The notes under the pieces were generated by a model. That model did not search any database, was not told the origin of the DNA, and saw nothing but the letters and a program-made list of their open reading frames with translations. A DNA stretch of 54,801 bases from Candidatus Geothermocultoraceae bacterium (GTDB lineage Bacteria > Actinomycetota > Aquicultoria > SKW223 > CALKMS01), in the NCBI GenBank assembly GCA_036796755.1, contig DAIRCJ010000002.1, forward strand, positions 1-54,801, given 5' to 3'. Shown here in pieces: positions 7,588 through 16,287 of the stretch; the first letter of the stretch is position 1, and each line of letters opens with the position of its first letter. The position numbers and the translations under genes were made by a program.

Positions 7588-10500
7588 TCAGGGTTGACTC
7601 TGGAGAGGGAAGCCCAGCGGTGTTTGCTTTTCTTGAGGAGAGATGATGAGGTGAGGGGCGGTATGTCCCCGATGACAAGCAGCGCAAAGGTCGCTATCGG
7701 CTTCAGCTCCACCAGGGGGAAGTTTAAACTCGGGAGATATACTTAAGTATCCGTCGGTACTGGTTGACTTAACTCGGTAATAATAAATGGTGTTGGTTGC
7801 CAGATTAGTCAGAGTTACCAGATGATTGGTAGTGTAGGTGTAATTGACTGCAGACTGATAAGCATAAGGAGCAGTGGGGCTGGGATGGGTGGTAGTGTCG
7901 TAAACGACCTGAGAAGTACCAGAAATGTCGGTTGTCCAGGTAATGGTAGTGTAAGTATAGGGAGGAGCAGTAGCTTCTCGGTCAAAATAGATGTGTTTAG
8001 CCCAGATGTTGGAGATAACCGGCCCTCCAGCTGTGGTGGTGTTAGGAGAAAACTCAGAAGTTGAAGGGTCAGGGTCAATGGTTAGAGCAGTCAAAATGGT
8101 TTCGTGAGTTACTCCCTTATTTTGAACATTCAGGACGAAAGAGAAAGAGTTGGTAGAAGTGGTTTCTCCCGAACCAAGATAAAAACTTCCTTCGCCATAG
8201 CCTGCCAAGTCTCCGCCGGACTTATAAACTTCCACCGTACAGCCGGCAAAATTTTTGCCTGCCGGGTCTGTTCCAATGTAACCTTCCAGATAAAGATTCC
8301 AGCCGCGAGCGTCAAGCTCGGCCCGGGTAATTATCGGATAGTCAGTTTCTTTGTTAGGGAAAGAAGGGTCTGTCGTGCCATTATTAGAGGTGACGGTGGA
8401 GTCATCAGATAAGTCTATTGGAAGAACTGAGCTGTTGGAGAAAGTGTTCTGAGTAATTTTTATGCCATTGCCAGAAGAAACGGATACCCCTTTGTTGTTT
8501 TGCTCAAGCCGATTTTTTTCAAGGGTTACCCGGGAGTCAGCAGCTTCCTCGTTCTTTAAACTTAATTTTGGTTCCGGGTAAGCAAGCTGTCGGTTTTGAA
8601 GAAGCCCGCAAGTCTGCTCTTCATCATTTAAAGAAGCATCTTCAAAGTAAGCATAGACTGGTTTTGATGCGTGAATTAAGCTTCCCGCGGGAATGTAAAC
8701 TCCTGAGGCGGTAGAACCGAAGAAGAACTTGCCGGGGTAATCTCCTGAAGCTTGAACCGAAACCACAGGTGCTTGAGTTGTTCCATCTGGCTCTTCAATC
8801 CAGATGCTGGTATCGGGGTAGGGAGCTGAAATAGCTACATACTGAGCATCAACCGGGATGCCCAGACAAATATTCAAGTTTGTTCTCTCAAAGAAGGTGG
8901 TTGATTCTAGCCCATCTCCGTCCGCTTGCTGGATGACGCCGATGGGGTTGCTGGCAATTAAATGAATTGAGGGTCCTGAACCCTGAGCTCCAAAAGGGTA
9001 TGGAGCCAGAGTTGCCAGGTTAACGCTCTGCCCCCGATTAAGAGTGAAGTTGACAGCAGTTTGAGTTCCGCTTTCATAAGCGAGGTAAGCCGTGACTGAA
9101 GTATTGTTAGCCAGAGCCGCTACATAAGCGTTTTGCGAACCAACCCCGAAAAGTTCAGTTGAGGCCGGATGCATTACAAAACTATCAGAGGGGGAAGCGT
9201 CGTAGGTTGCCAGAACCGGAGCTTCACTTTCAATTATCACTACTCGGGGGGAAGCTCCAATGGTGTAGTGAAGAGATTCTCCTCTGGCTACCTGAGTGGT
9301 AACCGAGCTGCTGAGAGTTCCGGTGGTGAGGTAGACACTGATGGTTAAACTGGTGTCAGTGAAAGGAGAAAGGATGTCAATTTGGGGGGTGTTTCTTTGA
9401 GCAGGGTAAACAAAGCGGGTGGAAGCAAAGGAGAGAGGAACCAGGGTTTCGGAGACATCAGTGATAAAAGCGGAACAAAGGGGTTTGTTGGAGCTAAAAG
9501 AAGTGGTGGGAGAGAGAGTGTTGCTGAGAAAGGTATGAGTTTCGCCCGGGTTCAGAGCTACAGTTTCTCCGCTGGCATCATTTCTAATGATAGTAGCGGG
9601 CAGTCCAGCCATTACTTGGAGATTGGAAGTTGCGCTTCTCTGGCTCACTACATACTTGTTGGTTTTAATCTCTGAATAAGAGAAGAGATCATAAGGAAGT
9701 TCCAGAGAAGGAGCCCGGGGGTTTCCGTAAAGGAGAGTGATGGTGGTTACCGAAGAAGGAGGAATGGTGGGAACTTTTACCCAGATGCGCGAGGTTCCAC
9801 TGGTGTCCCAGTTGTGAATCCAGTAATCAAGAGGTTCTCCTTGGCTGGAAAGGAAGCGAATATCACTTCCATCAGGTTGAGCTCGAGAATAATCAAAGTT
9901 TGAAGGGGTAATGGTTACCAGAACCTGATACTCGGTAAGGGTGGTGGTGCCTGAGTAGTCAATGGTTATTGGCTTCTGATAGTGCCAACCCCAGACATTA
10001 ACCCCCCGATTAAATTTCCTTAAGTTGAGATTTTTAAGGCTGGTGTTCAGTCCTTTGACCGTTAAGCCGTCGGCTGAAGAAATCAGGGAGCCGTCCAGAA
10101 CGATCTTTCCCTGGTTGTACTCGGTTTGAGTGCTTCCGTCAATCACTGTTGAACTGTCGGTTAAGTGAGGAAGTTCGCTGGAGAGAGTGATGACAAACTC
10201 CCTGTTCGTGGACTGGTAGTTGGGGTCGGTCTGGGGAATCTTGAAGTTTATGCTCTGTCCCTTTTTAATGGCGGAGGCGTTTAAAAGAGCCTGACGCAGA
10301 GAGCCCTGAATAGTGCGAGCTGAAGAAGGGTCGTCATCGCCGTCACGAGTGTTGACTATTACTTCAAAACTAAAACCAAAATCAATTTCTTCCAGATTTT
10401 CCCCTTCAAGGTCAATCCGGGCAATATGTTCGTAGTTGTTGTCGCTTACCACCGTTGAAGTGGTGAAATTATCTGAGAGGAGAGGGTTCTTTCCGCCCAG

Positions 10501-12282
10501 GCAGGACTCCACCTGATAGCGGCCGTTTAAATACTCTTTAACGTAGGTTTGCTCGGCCCAGACTTCCTCAGCTTTTCTTTCCGGATAAAGACCATTGTTT
10601 TCGGGAGCGGGCTTAATATCGCGGGAGTTTACCACCACATAGTAGGTGTGCCCTTCAACTCCCGGGAGAAAATAGTAGCCTTCAGTGTCGGTTTGGGTTT
10701 CGGTAATAAAAGTATCACCTGAGGTTAACCCCTGATTTCCATCCTTTTCTTCATAAAGCCGAACTCTAACGCCGGCTTTTCCTTCATCCTCTTGAGGGTC
10801 AAAAGCATCACCAGAAGCGTCCGCGTCTTCAAAGACTCTTCCTTTGATAGCCAGAATTTGAACCGTAGGTTCAGGGTCAACTCTTTTAGCTATTGGGAAA
10901 ACACCTTCTTCGCCAAAAGCCAGAAAGTAAACATCTTCCCCGGTGTGGGCGGTAGTGCCTTCCATTCCTGTTCCCCGAGTGTAGTCTTCTTCCACAGCCA
11001 CCTGGAAAGTTTGGGTAGTCTCGTTTCGATAGCGAAGTTCTGAGTTGTCGCCTCCGTCATAACTTCCCAGAGAAAGCAAAAGAATAGGAGGCGAGGAAAA
11101 GTTTTGACTGAAATTAACCGTGGTCCAGCCATTTCCAATTCCCACCACGTTATCGTAGGATATTCCTATCTGGTAAGGGGTAGGTGTAGAGTCGTTGGTC
11201 TGGTTAGGAATGGTTCCGGTAGTACTTTCGGTTAAACCTTTTCTTTCTAGGGCAATCCAGGCTATGGTTTCAGTAGTAAATCTTTGGGTGTTATTATTAT
11301 ATTCTTCTTCCAGGGCAACTTGAAAGGAGCGATCGTTGTCTCTCAAATCCTGAAGCCTGGTTTTTACTAATCTTGCTTCTTGAGTAAGGTCGTTTGAACT
11401 CATTGGCTGGGCAAAAACCACCGGGTCGCTACCAGTTGAAGAGTAGTTAAGAGAAAAGCTTTGAGTGTCCCAAACATCAGGGGCAACATTGGCTCCTACG
11501 GTGGAGCGGGTCTCATATTTCTGGGCTTCAATACGAGTCCCATCCAAAAACTGGTAGCTACCTTCATTAAGAATCAGGGCTCCGACTGTTTCAGTTGGGT
11601 GAACATTATCTCTCAAGCTACACTCAATAACCCTCAAGAAAAAGGAGGTTGAAGTGGTGTCTTTTATTCTGACCACTGCGCTTTCAGCATTGTTATAGGA
11701 AAGATGTTGAGCAATGACAACTGGGTTGGTGAAGGTGGTGGAAAGAGAAACATTATCCCAGGTCCAGGTAGAGGGGTTGTTTCCGTTTTCTCCGGTAAGG
11801 GTGGTATTGGTTGTGTTTATCCTTCGAATCTCCAGGAAGTCCATAGTTTCTTCTAGATTGCTTTCGGGAAGGGCTGAGGAGTTTCCATAGTAAAGGTCAA
11901 TTCTTTTGGTTTCATTTGGGGAAAGATGAGGGATTTTTACCCAGATTACGGCTTCGCTTCCGTAAGCCCACCTTTCAATCCAGTAAGGAAGAAAATTCCC
12001 GTTTTCCATAAATCTGAGGTCAGAACCGTCCGGGTTTGCTCCGGCAAAGTTGAAGTTGTTGGGGTTAAGAACTACCTTTACCTGATAGTCGTAAAGGTCT
12101 ATACCGGCTCTTTCTTTTATCTCTATTACTTTGTGATAAGCCCAGCCAGGAAGTTGAGCCTGGGTAAAAGGGGCGCTGAGAATGATTACCGAAACTGCTA
12201 CTGCAAATATAAAAGGTAAGTAAGGGGTGGGCTTACTTACCTTGCTAATTTTTAAAGCAAACTTTTTAAATGGTTCTTTCAT
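7588..12282 (-). CDS. Giant secreted/surface protein: 2x DUF2341, three H-lectin-like repeats, SdrD-B/Cna-B-like domain, parallel beta-helix adhesin module, FN3-like domain and a C-terminal CxxCH motif
   Basis: - Signal-like N-terminus: 'PFIFAVAVSVIILSAPFTQAQ'.
- DUF2341 signatures: 'DGSDLRFMENGNFLPYWIERW' and 'DGSDIRFLSSQGEPLDYWIHNW'.
- SdrD-B/Cna-B-like: 'GRVFEDADASGD...GVRVRLY...TDTEGYYF'.
- Beta-helix adhesin module: 'GSLRQALLNAS' ... 'LTALTIDPDPSTSEFS'.
- FN3-like: 'ITWTTD...YYYRVKS'.
- C-terminal 'LCAACHRGH'. Confidence 0.75.
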   Translation of the reverse strand: MKEPFKKFALKISKVSKPTPYLPFIFAVAVSVIILSAPFTQAQLPGWAYHKVIEIKERAGIDLYDYQVKVVLNPNNFNFAGANPDGSDLRFMENGNFLPYWIERWAYGSEAVIWVKIPHLSPNETKRIDLYYGNSSALPESNLEETMDFLEIRRINTTNTTLTGENGNNPSTWTWDNVSLSTTFTNPVVIAQHLSYNNAESAVVRIKDTTSTSFFLRVIECSLRDNVHPTETVGALILNEGSYQFLDGTRIEAQKYETRSTVGANVAPDVWDTQSFSLNYSSTGSDPVVFAQPMSSNDLTQEARLVKTRLQDLRDNDRSFQVALEEEYNNNTQRFTTETIAWIALERKGLTESTTGTIPNQTNDSTPTPYQIGISYDNVVGIGNGWTTVNFSQNFSSPPILLLSLGSYDGGDNSELRYRNETTQTFQVAVEEDYTRGTGMEGTTAHTGEDVYFLAFGEEGVFPIAKRVDPEPTVQILAIKGRVFEDADASGDAFDPQEDEGKAGVRVRLYEEKDGNQGLTSGDTFITETQTDTEGYYFLPGVEGHTYYVVVNSRDIKPAPENNGLYPERKAEEVWAEQTYVKEYLNGRYQVESCLGGKNPLLSDNFTTSTVVSDNNYEHIARIDLEGENLEEIDFGFSFEVIVNTRDGDDDPSSARTIQGSLRQALLNASAIKKGQSINFKIPQTDPNYQSTNREFVITLSSELPHLTDSSTVIDGSTQTEYNQGKIVLDGSLISSADGLTVKGLNTSLKNLNLRKFNRGVNVWGWHYQKPITIDYSGTTTLTEYQVLVTITPSNFDYSRAQPDGSDIRFLSSQGEPLDYWIHNWDTSGTSRIWVKVPTIPPSSVTTITLLYGNPRAPSLELPYDLFSYSEIKTNKYVVSQRSATSNLQVMAGLPATIIRNDASGETVALNPGETHTFLSNTLSPTTSFSSNKPLCSAFITDVSETLVPLSFASTRFVYPAQRNTPQIDILSPFTDTSLTISVYLTTGTLSSSVTTQVARGESLHYTIGASPRVVIIESEAPVLATYDASPSDSFVMHPASTELFGVGSQNAYVAALANNTSVTAYLAYESGTQTAVNFTLNRGQSVNLATLAPYPFGAQGSGPSIHLIASNPIGVIQQADGDGLESTTFFERTNLNICLGIPVDAQYVAISAPYPDTSIWIEEPDGTTQAPVVSVQASGDYPGKFFFGSTASGVYIPAGSLIHASKPVYAYFEDASLNDEEQTCGLLQNRQLAYPEPKLSLKNEEAADSRVTLEKNRLEQNNKGVSVSSGNGIKITQNTFSNSSVLPIDLSDDSTVTSNNGTTDPSFPNKETDYPIITRAELDARGWNLYLEGYIGTDPAGKNFAGCTVEVYKSGGDLAGYGEGSFYLGSGETTSTNSFSFVLNVQNKGVTHETILTALTIDPDPSTSEFSPNTTTAGGPVISNIWAKHIYFDREATAPPYTYTTITWTTDISGTSQVVYDTTTHPSPTAPYAYQSAVNYTYTTNHLVTLTNLATNTIYYYRVKSTSTDGYLSISPEFKLPPGGAEADSDLCAACHRGHTAPHLIISPQEKQTPLGFPLQSQP

Positions 12283-12558
12283 ACTGCAATTATGAACCCT
12301 GTTTTTCTCTGCTACCTTTGAGCTGCTCTTATAATTTCGGGAACTGCTTTTCTTATTTTACCACATAAAGGTGGCAGGTAAAAGGATTTTTTGCTGGTTT
12401 AAGTTTTTTTGCCAGTTTTTTTCTTTTGAGTTAGTTTTTAGGTGCCTGTTTTTTCCCGGACATTAAAAACACCTGTTTAAATTGGCGAATTAAGTTTTCT
12501 TCCGGGCTTATTTTCTCTCTTTTTGCTTTTCGTCATTGCTACTAAGTTGCCAGCAAGG

Positions 12559-12764
12559 ATTTGAAAGCAAAAGCTTCGACTTCTTTGCCTTATTATTCCA
12601 GCCAGCGCGGTTCGCCCGTAGGTTATGAGAATTTGAAAGTCTCCTTCTTTTTCTAACTTCTCAAATCTCCCTCTTAGAATTTAAAGGGGGAGATTTTAAA
12701 CAAAGGAGTGGAAGAATTGAGAAGAAAAAAAATTAAAAATAAGATTTTTTTTTACCAGTTCAGA
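12559..12764 (+). repeat. Copy C (degenerate tandem units) of the dispersed intergenic repeat
   Basis: ATTTGAAAG at 12559 and 12631. 'ccttctttttctaacttctc' is followed by the inverted repeat AAATCTCCC (12663-12671) / GGGAGATTT (12688-12696), then 'gaagaattgagaag' and 'cagttcaga' (12756-12764). Confidence 0.5.
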
Positions 12765-12884
12765 ATAGTTGAGGAGGTTTGGCCTTCGGGTTTGTCCCCG
12801 GATTAAAGGTTAAAGCAAATTGGGTTTTTTTAATCGTCATCTATTGTATAATTTTTGAGGGAATTGAGAGAAAGGGGGAGTTTG

Positions 12885-13307
12885 ATGGTTTCACTATTAG
12901 TTATTATTCTCGGTATTTTAGTAGCAGTTATTCCTCACTATGTTTTTCCTGTCTGTGCTTACTATGGCAAGCTTATTGAAACTAAAGGGGGAGGGCTGGT
13001 TCCTATGGCCTGCACCTACACAGCCCGAGCTGAAACAATAATCGGAGTTGGAATAGCCATTCTCGGTGTGATGCTCTGGCTAGCTAAGGAAAAAGAGACG
13101 CGCCTTTACCTTTCAATTTTAGTGGCGGCTAAGGGTCTGGCAGTTGCTCTTACTCCAGAAGTTATCGGTTACTGCAAATCTCCTTCAATGCCTTGTGTTT
13201 CCGGGACTGTTCCTGCCTTAAGGATTGCGGCGGGAGCTATCCTTTTGCTTGGAGTGGTCAGTCTTGTTTTTGAGCTAAAGGGGAAAAAGGCAAAAGAGAT
13301 TGCTTAA
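12885..13307 (+). CDS. Small integral membrane protein, DUF4418-like
   Basis: ATG at 12885 preceded by AGGGGGAG; the ORF-track start at 12855 is a TTG further upstream. Four hydrophobic helices with Cys pairs 'FPVC...PMACTYTARAE' and 'IGYCKSPSMPC', as I recall for DUF4418. It overlaps the start of the following FtsX permease. Confidence 0.6.
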   Translation: MVSLLVIILGILVAVIPHYVFPVCAYYGKLIETKGGGLVPMACTYTARAETIIGVGIAILGVMLWLAKEKETRLYLSILVAAKGLAVALTPEVIGYCKSPSMPCVSGTVPALRIAAGAILLLGVVSLVFELKGKKAKEIA

Positions 13308-14514
13308 AAAGTGTTTTGGCTTAATCCTTAGAGACCTCTGGTTTTACTTAGAAGTTAACCTTTTTCTGGTTTTAGCTGTTTCTTTAATTGCTGCTCTTCT
13401 TTTTTTTCAGCTGGTTCTGGCAAGTTCAGCAAACCAGGCAATTAATGTTGGCTTTTCTCTTTTAAACGCTGATTTTCTTTTAGTTCCCGCAGGAAAAGGA
13501 GAGAAAGTATCAAGGGCTCTGGTTACGGGAGAGCCAGTTAAATTTTACTTTTCTGACGAAGGAATTTCTGAAAGGTTGAGAAAGGTCAAGGTGGTGGAAA
13601 GGGTGGCGCCTTTGCTTATTATTGAGTCTGCTCCGGCTTCTTGCTGTACAGCCGGTAATGTTTTGTTAGTGGCGATAGACCCTGAACTTGACTTTTCTCT
13701 TTCTCCCTGGATAAAGAAAAAAATCGGGGGAAAGCTGGGAAAAGACGAGTTGATAGTGGGAAATAATGTTAAGCGCCCCCTTGGCCTTAACTTGCGTTTC
13801 TACAATCATCGCTTCAAAGTAAAGGGGGCACTGGAGCCAGTTGGCCTTGGCTTTTATGACAACGGTGTTTTTATGAGGCTTGCCGATGCTTACCGGATGG
13901 CTGAAGAGACAAAATATAAAAAGTTCACCCGACGTCTGAATATAAAATCGGGCGAAGTTTCGGCTTTGCTGATTCAGCAAAAGTCAGGTTTCCACCGGGA
14001 GGAAGTTAAAAGTTTGCTTAAAAAAGAAGCTTTGGGGCTTGAAATAGTGGAGCTTAATCCGCTGGCAGCCCGAGCTCGCCAGAAGCTTTCTCGGGTCTCC
14101 ACTCTACTTGAGGTTTATTTTATCTTTTTTTCCCTGGTTCTGTTGCTGATTTTAAGTCTGGTCTTTTATCTTCAGCTTTTAAGAAGGGAAAGAACCCTGG
14201 GGATGCTGGAAGCTCTGGGAGCCAGTCGTAAAACTCTTTATCTTCTGGTTGTTTCCGAAGTGGGTCTTGTGGGTTTGCTGGCCGGCTTTTTGGGAGCCTT
14301 GGTTGGTTGGATGATCCTTAACTCTTTTTATCTTTATCTTCTTAACCACCTTGAGATTCCCTTTGTTTTTCCTTCGAACCCGGCTTTGTTTAAAGCTTTT
14401 TTGATTGTGATTTTAACCTCTCTTCTTTTTAGTTTTTTAGGGAGCCTTTATGCTCTTTATCGCCTCTGGGGGGAAGAAACTTACAATCTTATCAGGGAGG
14501 GGAAAGGTGGTTAG
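13300..14514 (+). CDS. ABC transporter permease, FtsX/MacB-like
   Basis: One N-terminal TM helix, a ~230-aa extracytoplasmic domain, then three C-terminal TM helices carrying the 'R.RE.G.L.A.GAS' FtsX motif (RRERTLGMLEALGASRK). Confidence 0.75.
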   Translation: MLKKCFGLILRDLWFYLEVNLFLVLAVSLIAALLFFQLVLASSANQAINVGFSLLNADFLLVPAGKGEKVSRALVTGEPVKFYFSDEGISERLRKVKVVERVAPLLIIESAPASCCTAGNVLLVAIDPELDFSLSPWIKKKIGGKLGKDELIVGNNVKRPLGLNLRFYNHRFKVKGALEPVGLGFYDNGVFMRLADAYRMAEETKYKKFTRRLNIKSGEVSALLIQQKSGFHREEVKSLLKKEALGLEIVELNPLAARARQKLSRVSTLLEVYFIFFSLVLLLILSLVFYLQLLRRERTLGMLEALGASRKTLYLLVVSEVGLVGLLAGFLGALVGWMILNSFYLYLLNHLEIPFVFPSNPALFKAFLIVILTSLLFSFLGSLYALYRLWGEETYNLIREGKGG

Positions 14515-15190
14515 AGCTGAAGGTTTAAGCAAAATTTTTGCCCGGGGAGAGGAAAGAGTGGTAGCTTTAAAAGATGTGAGCTTTGAGGTAGAAAAAGGCG
14601 ATTTTGTAGCTGTTTGCGGTCCTTCAGGAAGTGGCAAAACTACCCTTTTAGCTATCATTGGAGGATTAACCCGTCCTACTTCCGGTCTGGTGATAGTTGA
14701 CGGAGTTTACCTTGACTCTCTTTCTCCTAAAGAACTTGCGGCTTTTCGGCGGGAGAAAGTCGGTTTTGCTTTTCAGTTTTCCGGACTTATCCCCTCTTTG
14801 ACTGTTAGGGAAAACATAGCCATTACTTTTCTTTTAGGCGGAAAAGTTGCTTTAAGAAAGGAAGCTGATTTAGCTTCCCGAAGGGTTGAAGAACTGGCTG
14901 AAGAGCTGGGCATTTCTTCCCGTCTTGACGCTTATCCTTCAGAGATTTCGGGTGGAGAAGCCCGACGAGCTTCTCTAGCCCGAGCGCTGGTTAAGTCTCC
15001 TCCTCTTCTTTTAGCTGATGAGCCAACTGGAGACCTGGATGAAGAAAGCGCTGCTTTAATTGAAAAAGTTTTAAAGAAGGTTAATTTCCAGAAAACGACG
15101 GTAATAATGGTCACTCACTCTAGAAAACTGGCAAAAATAGCTAAAAGGACTCTTTATTTAAGAAAGGGAAAGCTTGAAAAAGAAAGTTAG
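14507..15190 (+). CDS. ABC transporter ATP-binding protein (MacB/LolD type)
   Basis: Walker A 'GPSGSGKTT', Q-loop, signature 'ISGGEARR', Walker B 'LLLADEPTGDLD'. I prefer the GTG at 14507, which follows AGGGAGGGG and overlaps the permease stop, over the upstream start at 14450. Confidence 0.85.
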   Translation: MVRAEGLSKIFARGEERVVALKDVSFEVEKGDFVAVCGPSGSGKTTLLAIIGGLTRPTSGLVIVDGVYLDSLSPKELAAFRREKVGFAFQFSGLIPSLTVRENIAITFLLGGKVALRKEADLASRRVEELAEELGISSRLDAYPSEISGGEARRASLARALVKSPPLLLADEPTGDLDEESAALIEKVLKKVNFQKTTVIMVTHSRKLAKIAKRTLYLRKGKLEKES

Positions 15191-15248
15191 GTTTCCTTTT
15201 AAAAGGCCCCTTTTTTCTCTAAATCACCTTGGATTATACTTGTCTTAG

Positions 15249-16286
15249 ATGATGAAAGAATCCTGGGATTATAAAAAAGCCGGAGTAAATATTGAAGCGG
15301 CTGATAAGGCGATCTCCCTTGCTTTAAGATCAATAAAATCTACAGAAACCCGTGATGTAATTTCTGGAGTGGGCGGTTTTTCTGCTCTTTTTGACCTGGC
15401 TTCCCTTGGTTACCGAAATCCGGTTTTGGCCAGCGCTACTGATGGGGTAGGAACAAAGATAAAAATTGCTCAGGCGGTTGGTAAGCACGACACAGTGGGG
15501 ATAGATCTGGTGGCAATGGTAGTAAACGACCTTTTGACTTCTGGAGCCCGTCCTCTCTTTTTCCTTGACTATATAGCCTGTGGTCAGGTTAGGCTCTCAT
15601 TGGTGAAAGATTTAATAAAAGGAGTAGTTAAAGGTTGTAAACAGGCTGGCTGTGCCTTAATCGGTGGGGAAACGGCGGAAATGCCCGATGTTTATCAGAA
15701 GGGCGAGTACGACTTAGCCGGTTTTGGAGTGGGAATTGTGGAAAGAGAAAAGATAATTCAAGGAAAAGAGATAAAGGAAGGAGACTTAGTTTTGGGTTTA
15801 GCCTCTTCCGGTCTCCATAGTAATGGTTTTTCCCTGGTGAGAAAGCTTTTAGAAGCCAGGAGGATTACTTATGAGGAGCCAGCGCCTTTTTCTAAAAAAA
15901 GCTGGGGAGAGATTTTGCTTACTCCGACCAGAATTTATAGCTTCTCTCTCTTAACTCTTTTTGAAGAGGTGAGAGTTAAGGGAATGGCGCATATTACTGG
16001 AGGTGGTATAAGTTTAAATCTTCCCCGAATACTTCCTCCTGGTTTGCAGGCAGTTATCAGAAAGAGTAGCTGGAAAGTCCCGACAATTTTCCGATGGCTT
16101 CAAGAAGCGGGGAAAATTGAGGAAGAGGAGATGTTTAAGACCTTTAATATGGGAATTGGAATGGTAATTGTTGTTTCTCCCTCCCAGGCGAAAAAAGCCG
16201 AGGAAGTTCTAAAAAGAAAAGGAGAGAAAGTTTATCTGATTGGCGAAGTTACCAGGGGTAAGGCGGGGGTGACTTACCTTAGCTGA
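15249..16286 (+). CDS. purM: Phosphoribosylformylglycinamidine cyclo-ligase (AIR synthetase)
   Basis: 'YKKAGVNIEA', 'GGFSALF', 'ATDGVGTK', 'DLVAMVVNDL' and 'AHITGGG' are canonical PurM motifs. Confidence 0.9.
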   Translation: MMKESWDYKKAGVNIEAADKAISLALRSIKSTETRDVISGVGGFSALFDLASLGYRNPVLASATDGVGTKIKIAQAVGKHDTVGIDLVAMVVNDLLTSGARPLFFLDYIACGQVRLSLVKDLIKGVVKGCKQAGCALIGGETAEMPDVYQKGEYDLAGFGVGIVEREKIIQGKEIKEGDLVLGLASSGLHSNGFSLVRKLLEARRITYEEPAPFSKKSWGEILLTPTRIYSFSLLTLFEEVRVKGMAHITGGGISLNLPRILPPGLQAVIRKSSWKVPTIFRWLQEAGKIEEEEMFKTFNMGIGMVIVVSPSQAKKAEEVLKRKGEKVYLIGEVTRGKAGVTYLS

Positions 16287-16287
16287 A

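Noticed and set aside
7534-7590. The giant protein ends with TGA. I checked whether this could be a third Sec codon with readthrough.
   Set aside because: Readthrough adds only 18 residues (ALDFLSDSDSIPCSELIK) before a TAA. There is no recognisable motif, no second CxxCH and no convincing hairpin immediately downstream, so an ordinary stop is more likely.
7815-12219. Numerous 60-100-aa ORFs on either strand inside the giant gene (for example 7815-8078, 7822-8064, 8104-8412, 9382-9675, 10792-11138, 11926-12219).
   Set aside because: They are nested in or antisense to a 4.7-kb ORF with coherent domain content. Their translations are low-complexity with no motifs. The same reasoning applies to antisense ORFs inside other long genes, such as 805-1035, 1065-1445, 6798-7109, 13666-13980, 16354-16791, 24550-25188, 26509-26900, 29080-29427, 48098-48538 and 50671-51015.
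12283-12854. The 572-bp spacer was checked for a tRNA (including tRNA-Sec), a riboswitch or a small protein gene (ORF 12779-12979).
   Set aside because: I could trace no cloverleaf-compatible stems and no known riboswitch core. ORF 12779-12979 overlaps the better-supported DUF4418 gene in another frame. The spacer is best explained by repeat copies plus divergent promoters.
15191-15248. CCTTTTAAAAGG palindrome plus a T-run after the ABC ATPase gene as an intrinsic terminator.
   Set aside because: The stem is only 4-6 A/T-rich pairs with a minimal loop. It is too weak to call with confidence, and the spacer to purM is only 58 nt.
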